A stretch of 23,549 nucleotides of DNA from the IMG/VR virus record IMGVR_UViG_3300044640_000771. One strand, given 5' to 3'. This document shows positions 4,316 to 10,509 of the stretch, piece after piece (the stretch's first letter is position 1; every line of letters begins with the position of its first letter). Made by a program: the position numbers and the translations under genes. This DNA is from a virus (Duplodnaviria; Heunggongvirae; Uroviricota; Caudoviricetes). The notes under the pieces are model-generated. The model worked only from the letters and a program-made list of their open reading frames with translations. It did not search any database and was not told the origin of the DNA.

Positions 4316-4644
4316 TACTGAACATCGATGTACTCGATAGGCATCCCGTTCTCTTCAGCAAATCTAATCTCTGCTTGAACTCCACCTGACTCTTTCCATC
4401 CATCAAACTTAAGAACAACTAGTTTATCACATCGTTGCATAAACATCAAGCAGAAGTTTTTCCAGAAATCCCAATCTGTTCCTAGATTAGCGTGATGCTG
4501 ACACGCATAATGATGTACTAATCCTGTAATTGTATAACTACCAGGATTGTCTAGCATGTACCTTCCACAAATATTAGCAATTCTATCCATTAGTTCTGCT
4601 TTATTCTTTACATTTGAATAAGGTGCTGCTACATATACAATCAT
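4315..4644 (-). CDS. DUF1937 family protein (nucleoside deoxyribosyltransferase-like fold)
   Basis: YVAAPYS...W..FC...CDKLVVLKFDGWKESGGVQAEIRFAEENGMPI pattern. Confidence 0.7.
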   Translation of the reverse strand: MIVYVAAPYSNVKNKAELMDRIANICGRYMLDNPGSYTITGLVHHYACQHHANLGTDWDFWKNFCLMFMQRCDKLVVLKFDGWKESGGVQAEIRFAEENGMPIEYIDVQ

Positions 4645-4658
4645 TATACCTCCTGTTT

Positions 4659-4745
4659 TGGCGGGGCGTAAAGGAATCGAACCATCAGCTATCTCTAACT
4701 GCCCTAGCTTTCAAGGCTAGTTTGTACCCATTGTAGGTACACCCC
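4659..4745 (-). tRNA. tRNA-Ser(TGA) with 8/4-type acceptor/T geometry and an abnormal D region
   Basis: GGGGTGTA/TACGCCCC, CTAGC-CT TGA AA-GCTAG, CAGTTA-GAGA-TAGCTG variable arm, ATGG-TTCGATT-CCTT, G73-CCA. Confidence 0.8.
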
Positions 4746-4759
4746 ATCTTTTTATTCTT

Positions 4760-4849
4760 TGGTCTACCGGGTAGGATTCGAACCTACGAGATCCCTTCGG
4801 GCTTCTTGCTTCCAAAGCAAGCACTCTGACCAAGCTGAGTTACCGATAG
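4760..4849 (-). tRNA. tRNA-Pro(TGG) with a 17-nt variable arm
   Basis: CTATCGG/CCGGTAG, CTTGC-TT TGG AA-GCAAG, variable region AAGCCCGAAGGGATCTC, A73-CCA. Confidence 0.88.
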
Positions 4850-4860
4850 ATTGTTTTTAT

Positions 4861-5064
4861 AATTGTTAGCGCTGGTTACGTATCCAGCGTTGTCCAGGTG
4901 TCGAAAGGAGAGAGAAACTACACGAGTACAACCGATTTAATTGCATGCAGTCAGTTCATTATGCCTAACTACGACCAGCCTGTCAAGAGATTGATTCAAC
5001 CCTCTTTGGTTGTCTCTCAAGACCTTTAGTACTGAAGTTACGATGCAACTTTTACATACAACAG
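4861..5064 (-). ncRNA. About 200-nt structured leader or ncRNA at the head of the tRNA operon
   Basis: No convincing ORF between the promoter (5070-5097) and tRNA-Pro. Several stems and a pyrimidine-rich loop. Confidence 0.4.
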
Positions 5065-5069
5065 ATGTT

Positions 5070-5097
5070 ATTGTAGCACACAATCTCAGGAAGTCAA
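5070..5097 (-). promoter_or_regulatory. Sigma70-type promoter of the tRNA operon
   Basis: TTGACT-16 nt-TACAAT with TG extension. The -35 overlaps the HNH gene end. Confidence 0.7.
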
Positions 5098-5577
5098 TAC
5101 GTATGCACTAATAAATTTTATGTATCGAAGTTGCATCTTCAAGAGCTTCCTCTTCGCAACGGTGATATCCTGGATCACTTCCTTCTTGACTCTGCTATCT
5201 TGTCTGTACTCTAGAACATAGCTGAATGCATCCGTTGGATGTGGAATCAGTCGTAGAGCACCTGACAAGTTCTTCATTGCTTCCATTATCTTAGCTTTAG
5301 TCTTCTTAGGAAGCAAGCACAAGTTGTTGATCTTGTTGTTCTTTTCATCTAAATCCTTATGAAATACTACATGATCATCTGGTGGCACTTCCTTGTAGTA
5401 AGAGCACCAAACTAACTTGTCATATTTCATCTTAATCTTGGATTTATTGATGGTTACACTGACTGTATTCTCTTCGTCAGGTATCAGTTTACGTACTCTT
5501 TGGTTATTCTTTAGGATAAACACTTCTCCAGTAGTAGGAGAGCACTCTAAAGAGTTGAGCACATCTAAAGCTTGCAT
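5086..5577 (-). CDS. HNH endonuclease (homing-type)
   Basis: LVWCSYY..VPPDDHVVFHKDLDEKNNKINNL (HNH_3-like). Start placed at MQALDV after AAAGGAG. Confidence 0.7.
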   Translation of the reverse strand: MQALDVLNSLECSPTTGEVFILKNNQRVRKLIPDEENTVSVTINKSKIKMKYDKLVWCSYYKEVPPDDHVVFHKDLDEKNNKINNLCLLPKKTKAKIMEAMKNLSGALRLIPHPTDAFSYVLEYRQDSRVKKEVIQDITVAKRKLLKMQLRYIKFISAYVLTS

Positions 5578-5720
5578 ATCTTCTCCTTTGAAGTCTGTAA
5601 TAACAGAGAGCACAACTAAATTCTATTTGGTGTATACCGATGATGCAACCTGCGTTAGCAAGTTACAGGATCGGAGAGCACACAAGAAATTAGATAAGCT
5701 TTCAAGTGCAGCTTATACGA

Positions 5721-5953
5721 TCAAGCCGTTAAGGCTAACAGAAAGAAATAAGCTTTCATATATGGATGTATCCTACAGTGCATTCGTAGTAGAACGTTTG
5801 TGTCTACTGACTAAATTGACTTGATTTAAAGTAGGTTTCAACAGAGCTATCTAGTCTTAACCTACAGTGCATTCGTAGTTGAATGTCTAAATCAATCTAA
5901 CTGTATTGACTTGTTTGATCGTAGGTTTCAACGTAACTTAACCGACAATGCAT
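5721..5953 (-). repeat. Tandem 81-90 bp repeat units, each opening a short MHCR(L/I) ORF
   Basis: CCTACAGTGCATTCGTAGT at 5772 and 5861, GTAGGTTTCAAC at 5831 and 5921, ATTGACTTG at 5815 and 5905. ORFs at 5897-5953, 5804-5872 and 5721-5783. Confidence 0.75.
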
Positions 5954-6007
5954 CCACATATAAATTTCGCCGGTTTAACTTAAGGTATATCCGACAGAAT
6001 ATATCTT

Positions 6008-6036
6008 ATTCTAGCATATTTTTGTCGAAAAGTCAA
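6008..6036 (-). promoter_or_regulatory. Sigma70-type promoter (leftward)
   Basis: TTGACT-17 nt-TAGAAT with TG extension. Confidence 0.75.
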
Positions 6037-6095
6037 GGGAAGATTTCGGAATTCCAGCTAAAGAATTGAAAATAAATATGAATAGTACTTAAATA

Positions 6096-6124
6096 TTGAC
6101 TCTACATACAATCTATGATACAAT
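6096..6124 (+). promoter_or_regulatory. Sigma70-type promoter (rightward, divergent)
   Basis: TTGACT-17 nt-TACAAT preceded by an AT-rich UP-like tract. Confidence 0.8.
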
Positions 6125-6167
6125 ACATACATTGCTGCGATATTGCAGTGCAAGACAAGGAGGTTCC

Positions 6168-6416
6168 ATGACGAAACGAATCGACGCTTACAGCCTAGCT
6201 GAATTCATGAATAAAGTAGAAGAAGCCTACAACGAAGGCTACCGAGTGGATTTTACTACTAATGAAAACTATCCGCAAGCCTTTGGTAGTCACTACACGG
6301 TTGGTATGGTAAAGCAGGAAGTATCTGCGGAAGTACCAAAAGAAGTTCCTGAAGTTAAGACTGAGCCAGATACCAGTACAGAAGTACCTACTACAAAGCG
6401 TAAACGTAATACCTAA
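6168..6416 (+). CDS. Hypothetical protein with acidic/Pro-rich tail and basic C-terminus
   Basis: Start moved to MTKRID after AGGAGG. Confidence 0.75.
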   Translation: MTKRIDAYSLAEFMNKVEEAYNEGYRVDFTTNENYPQAFGSHYTVGMVKQEVSAEVPKEVPEVKTEPDTSTEVPTTKRKRNT

Positions 6417-6475
6417 TGCTGGCTAATTAGGTGTAACACCTAAGAATTGTTTATAATCTCATGTAAGGAGAGAAC

Positions 6476-7252
6476 ATGAAGAGAAATATGAAGACCAGGA
6501 TGGAAGTTGTAAAGAAAGAGAAGTTCACTAGAGTGCAGTTCCCTCAACTTCATCCAATGAATGACAAACAGAAAGAATTGCTAGATGCTCTCTTGCATGA
6601 ATCCCTGATTATCGCATCAGGTTCAGCCGGTACAGGTAAGACATTGCTATCCTGCTGGCATGCAGCTAAGAAGTTACATCACAGAGATATTGATAAAGTA
6701 GTGCTTCTGAGAGCTTACCAGCCTCTGGCTGGACGTAGCATCGGATTCCTACCGGGTGAGCTAGAGTCAAAGCTAATCCCATTCTATCAGCAAATGCTAG
6801 ATTACTTTGAAGATTACCTGGGTAAAGCAAGTACAGAGATTCACATCAAGAATAAGACGATTGAAATCTGCAGCCTAGAAACTATCCGAGGACGTAGCTG
6901 GGACAATGCTATCATCATCGTAGATGAAGCACAATCTCTATTCGTACCTGAAGTTCAAGCGCTGGTAACTCGCGTAGGAAAGAACTCACAATTGATCTTC
7001 TGTGGAGACGATTCAGGTGTACAGACAGACGTTAAGAATGGTATGGATGGTCTTACATATCTTAAGAAACTAATCGAGAAGTACAGAATCTCAGACACAA
7101 AGACAGTCACCTTTACTCGTGATCACATCGTTCGTAGTGGATTGACGAAAGAATTCGTTATCGCCTTCGAAGATGAAATGCAGGATGATGCTATTGGAAT
7201 GGCTATTGTTTCAACAAAGGAAATTAACAGTCAATTTAAGAAACCAAGATAA
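6476..7252 (+). CDS. phoH: PhoH family ATPase
   Basis: GSAGTGKT Walker A, GFLPGELESK, LETIRGRSW, IIVDEAQ, TRVG...CGD...Q.D. Confidence 0.93.
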   Translation: MKRNMKTRMEVVKKEKFTRVQFPQLHPMNDKQKELLDALLHESLIIASGSAGTGKTLLSCWHAAKKLHHRDIDKVVLLRAYQPLAGRSIGFLPGELESKLIPFYQQMLDYFEDYLGKASTEIHIKNKTIEICSLETIRGRSWDNAIIIVDEAQSLFVPEVQALVTRVGKNSQLIFCGDDSGVQTDVKNGMDGLTYLKKLIEKYRISDTKTVTFTRDHIVRSGLTKEFVIAFEDEMQDDAIGMAIVSTKEINSQFKKPR

Positions 7253-7255
7253 GGA

Positions 7256-7936
7256 GTGCCTATGAACTATAAAAACCGCCGAAGTGAAGATGACGAAGAT
7301 CAGACAGTAAGCACTGACAAATATCTAGGGTACTTTACCCGAAGTATCGTATCAAATTGTATTACCATTCCTATCGACGAAGGTGTACGTGAAGCACAAT
7401 ACTACAGACAAGTAACGAAAGCAATCGCTGAATCTACTGAACGTGATCAGATTGAGTTTGAAATCTCTTCTCCTGGAGGTTTACTCAACGGGTTGATTGC
7501 CTTGCTTACAGCTATGGAGAAGACTGAAGCTACTACCGTAGCACACATCAACGGTGAATGTCACTCTGCTGCCAGCATGCTTGCTCTGAGTTGTGATTCA
7601 ATTTACGTATCTCCTTATTCTACCATGCTAGTTCACTTTGTACAGTTTGGTGCAAGTGGTAAAGGTACAGACGTTCTCAGCCACGTAGAGCACATGTACA
7701 GCACATCAGAACAACTATTCCGGGATACATACAAGTATTTCCTTACAGAATCAGAAATTACTAGGTGTATCGAAGGTTTGGAGCTTTGGTTGTCTGCTGA
7801 TGATATCAGGAAACGACTAGAACGCAAGTTTGAATTGATGAATAAAGAGGTGAATAAAGCCAAGAAAGCACAGAAGAAAACGCAACCTAAGAAGGTAGCA
7901 GTCGAAGTCGAACAGGCTGAAGAAATCAAAGAATAA
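7256..7936 (+). CDS. ClpP-like protease (phage-type)
   Basis: ISSPGG, CHSAASML (nucleophile Ser) and STMLVH (His) motifs. Confidence 0.85.
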   Translation: MPMNYKNRRSEDDEDQTVSTDKYLGYFTRSIVSNCITIPIDEGVREAQYYRQVTKAIAESTERDQIEFEISSPGGLLNGLIALLTAMEKTEATTVAHINGECHSAASMLALSCDSIYVSPYSTMLVHFVQFGASGKGTDVLSHVEHMYSTSEQLFRDTYKYFLTESEITRCIEGLELWLSADDIRKRLERKFELMNKEVNKAKKAQKKTQPKKVAVEVEQAEEIKE

Positions 7937-7960
7937 ATATCCGGTGAAGTAAGCCGGCGC

Positions 7961-7995
7961 AACCCCCTCGGAGAAATCCCTGGGGGTTTTTCTTC
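7961..7995 (+). terminator. Rho-independent terminator
   Basis: AACCCCC-TC-GGA-GAAA-TCC-CT-GGGGGTT then TTTTCTT. Confidence 0.85.
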
Positions 7996-8169
7996 GTCTA
8001 TAGCTCAGTAGAATTTTATACTACTTTCAGCACAAAATGTAGTGTAATTTACTACCTGGGAGTGAAATCGGGGAATTGTTTTAATGAATCTTGTTGTTAA
8101 ATAGCAACATTGTAATCCTATTGCTAAATTTATAACAATTTTTTACAGCAAGTTAATCTGTAATTTCAA

Positions 8170-8575
8170 CTCGGTCGGTAGACGGATAATATCCAGCAGT
8201 ATGGAATATGTCCTAGATAAAGGCCCGTCCCCCCCACTCCATCCCTCATACAATCCTGAAATATCACTGGCGGGTAGTTTCGGCGGGTTTCATCCTGTCG
8301 GCTCTGTACTCGGCGGGCTTGTTGCGGTGGTTGTATGTCGTCGGTTTTCTGCTGGTGGATGCCATCGGGCTGGGTTGGTGGGGTTGGTTCGCTGTTGCTA
8401 CGGGGCGAGCATCGGGGGTTATATCGTCGGCAGGTGCTAACGGTTAAACCTGGGGGGCATCTATCCCCCGTTATGGTGGGGCATCCTTTCGGGGGATGCA
8501 TGGGGGGAGTAGTACCAACGAAAGAAGCCCAGCGGGTAAGCGCTAGGCGGTAGGTTTTCGGGGTTAGCTCCTGGG
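8170..8575. other. GC-rich, strand-skewed non-coding segment (candidate genome end or terminal-repeat boundary)
   Basis: Abrupt change from the AT-rich 8000-8165 segment to G-run-rich sequence. No credible ORF. Lies between convergent transcription units. Confidence 0.45.
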
Positions 8576-8692
8576 TTACGTCTGCATCTGCCATCGCGCA
8601 TACATCATCGCAAGCCATGCCAGCGATGTGCATACGATAGAAACTAACGCTAGGCTAGCGGCTGCTAGTAGTGCTGCCTGTATTAGAACAAT
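8576..8692 (-). CDS. Possible small membrane peptide with an ATT start
   Basis: AAGGAG + 8 nt + ATT, then IVLIQAALLAAASLALVSIVCTSLAWLAMMYARWQMQT. Confidence 0.3.
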   Translation of the reverse strand: MVLIQAALLAAASLALVSIVCTSLAWLAMMYARWQMQT

Positions 8693-8726
8693 AGGCGCTT
8701 CTCCTTCTTGAATTGGTTGCTTGGGG

Positions 8727-9392
8727 TTAGACAGTCGCGGGTTTAATCGTTATTACCTTTGCGGCTTTGTTCTTCCCGCTTCCGTGCACGGTAAAGCCTA
8801 CGATACTGCGCCGGTCTGCCTTCTGGCACAACATACAGTCAGCACAGGTTAGCGCTTCGATATGCTCTGCTGGGCACCTAACAATGCTGCGTCCTTCTGG
8901 CGTGCGGGTTACATTCGGCGATCCTTCAGGCAGTAGGGTAACCGTGGGAAGTCCCTGCGCTGCTGCTGCATCTGCTGCCTGGGCGTTATCGGTGGACACG
9001 TTCACGGTGAACCCTGCGGAGTTACTGCGCCGGATAGCGTCAAGCATTCCAGCGGCTGCGCTGTTGTGTGTGTAGGTCCAGCCTTTGAGGTGCCGCGCTG
9101 CCTGGGTGATAGCGTCCAGCGTTGCAGCGTTGGGAATGTCCCCGGCTACATTGTGGCGGAATGCTCGGCCTTTGGGGATAGCGCGGAGTGCCTGGGCGAA
9201 GGCTTCAAGGGTGAGCGCATCGGGGTTAGCGTCCAGCTTACGCCAGTGCAAGCCCACCATGCCATACTTGGCGTAACAGCCGCTGGTCTTGAGCGGGCAC
9301 GCATCCGGGCATGAGTCGCTGCTGGTCATACTGGTTACAATCGGGCCGGTCTTCCGGTTGCTGCTCTGCTGGGTGATTTGAAAGCGTGCCAT
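8727..9392 (-). CDS. Cys-rich phage protein (DUF7227/GP88-like)
   Basis: SSNRKTGP...SCPDACPL...GCYA, FRHNVAGD, WTYTH, VNVS and RCPA...TCADCMLC...IVGF.VHG motifs. Family name from recollection. Confidence 0.65.
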   Translation of the reverse strand: MARFQITQQSSNRKTGPIVTSMTSSDSCPDACPLKTSGCYAKYGMVGLHWRKLDANPDALTLEAFAQALRAIPKGRAFRHNVAGDIPNAATLDAITQAARHLKGWTYTHNSAAAGMLDAIRRSNSAGFTVNVSTDNAQAADAAAAQGLPTVTLLPEGSPNVTRTPEGRSIVRCPAEHIEALTCADCMLCQKADRRSIVGFTVHGSGKNKAAKVITIKPATV

Positions 9393-9410
9393 CGTGGGGA
9401 GTCCTTGCGT

Positions 9411-9698
9411 TTAAGCGAAAAAGCGAGGGGTTGCGCTGACAGGTACGAAAACATACCCGGCATCATTCAAGTCTGCCCGATGCCATTCGGTCCCCTTGTA
9501 AAAGGGGTGATTCTCCACAAGCCAAGCGGCTGCGAGTTGCGCGGCTATGTCGTGCGGGTCTTGCCCTGGTTTGCATTCGGCGCTATGCCATCCGACAGTA
9601 AAGCGTTTAGCGCCTTCGCTGTAAGTCTTGATTGTGGCCTGAACCCGTGCGGGCTTCGTGTTGGTGGGGCCGATAAATTTCGTGACAATGCAAAGCAT
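9411..9698 (-). CDS. Hypothetical early protein
   Basis: IVTKFIGPTNTKPARVQA N-terminus typical of a widespread phage hypothetical family. AGGAG SD. Confidence 0.75.
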   Translation of the reverse strand: MLCIVTKFIGPTNTKPARVQATIKTYSEGAKRFTVGWHSAECKPGQDPHDIAAQLAAAWLVENHPFYKGTEWHRADLNDAGYVFVPVSATPRFFA

Positions 9699-9781
9699 GA
9701 GTTAGCTCCTGGTGAAAAGTCTAAAGATAGCGCCAGCCTGGGGGACTACTGCTGACGCTAGGTTTTAGGCTTCTGCCTTAA

Positions 9782-10018
9782 TTACTTGCTACCGTAGCGC
9801 TTGGCGTATGCGCGCAAAGGCTTGTTAGCCTGTGCATCGCGCTTGCTGAAGGTGCGGCCGTCTGCCTGCTGCCAGCGGATCACAACAGAACCCGCGGCAG
9901 TGGTGCCCAGGTATTGCCCGCGCTGGTCGTCAATGCTAATCCACTGACCGACGCGAAGACCGGCAAAGTTGTAACCGACAATGCGACGGGTTGCGGTGTA
10001 TTGGGTGGCGTTGTTCAT
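9782..10018 (-). CDS. Hypothetical early protein
   Basis: 78 aa with AAGGAG SD. Confidence 0.75.
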   Translation of the reverse strand: MNNATQYTATRRIVGYNFAGLRVGQWISIDDQRGQYLGTTAAGSVVIRWQQADGRTFSKRDAQANKPLRAYAKRYGSK

Positions 10019-10054
10019 GGTGTAGGCTCCTTGGGTTGAATGCTTGGGGATTGC

Positions 10055-10288
10055 TTAGGCGTACAGCTTGCGGGTCTGGTGCGTAAGCTCTGCGGCTGCA
10101 GCATCGGCCATGCTTGCGGCTGTTGCTTGGGCATCCTGCAGATCATCGGTAAAATAATCCGCGCCTTGCTGGTCGGTCCCGTCGATATTGAGTCGAGCGC
10201 GGTATTCTTGCCACTCGGTAGACCATTGGATTTTAACGATCACGCGGGAATCTGCGCGGCGAACGGTGGAATGGGTACGATATGACAT
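10055..10288 (-). CDS. Hypothetical early protein
   Basis: WSTEWQEYRARL...DYFTDDLQDA. AAGGA SD. First gene after the promoter at 10327-10355. Confidence 0.75.
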   Translation of the reverse strand: MSYRTHSTVRRADSRVIVKIQWSTEWQEYRARLNIDGTDQQGADYFTDDLQDAQATAASMADAAAAELTHQTRKLYA

Positions 10289-10326
10289 GATGTTGTTTCC
10301 TTACAACGTTGAATTAATGAGGTTTC

Positions 10327-10355
10327 ATTATAGGGCTAAATAATAACCCCGTCAA
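10327..10355 (-). promoter_or_regulatory. Sigma70-type early promoter
   Basis: TTGACG-17 nt-TATAAT. Confidence 0.85.
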
Positions 10356-10365
10356 GTGTAGGGCT

Positions 10366-10491
10366 TTAGATACCCTGCGCGGCAAACCACGCAAGCATGA
10401 GACCCAGCGCAACAGCCGCAAACCAGTCGCTAGCCTTGCTGCCAGTGTAAGCGCAGATGATGCCGGCCAGATTCAAGAGGATATGTTTCAT
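10366..10491 (-). CDS. Small membrane peptide (41 aa)
   Basis: MKHILLNLAGIICAYTGSKASDWFAAVALGLMLAWFAAQGI, two hydrophobic segments. Confidence 0.55.
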   Translation of the reverse strand: MKHILLNLAGIICAYTGSKASDWFAAVALGLMLAWFAAQGI

Positions 10492-10509
10492 GTTGTTTTC
10501 TCGCAACAG

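Noticed and set aside
964-4418. Multiple ORF-track ORFs overlapping tRNA genes (e.g. 964-1239, 1133-1347, 1984-2688, 3746-4418)
   Set aside because: They are translations of tRNA sequence on either strand, without SD sites. Treated as spurious.
4861-5064. Possible tmRNA or 6S RNA
   Set aside because: No tRNA-like acceptor/T arm or tag reading frame, and no long rod with a central bubble visible by eye.
5831-5932. GTTTCAAC / GTTGAAAC resembles the end of type I CRISPR repeats
   Set aside because: Only 12 bp are shared, there are two copies, the intervening sequence is itself repeated, and no cas genes are present. Not a CRISPR array.
5995-6010. AAGATATATTCTG on the minus strand resembles the group I intron S element (AAGATATAGTC) near an HNH gene
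   Set aside because: It lies at the transcription start, upstream of everything else. I found no matching R/P7 partner, no interrupted host gene and no exon boundaries.
8166-8633. ORFs of 72-155 aa in the GC-rich non-coding zone
   Set aside because: Low-complexity Pro/Gly/Arg-rich translations, no SD sites, and mutually overlapping. They are expected by chance at high GC.
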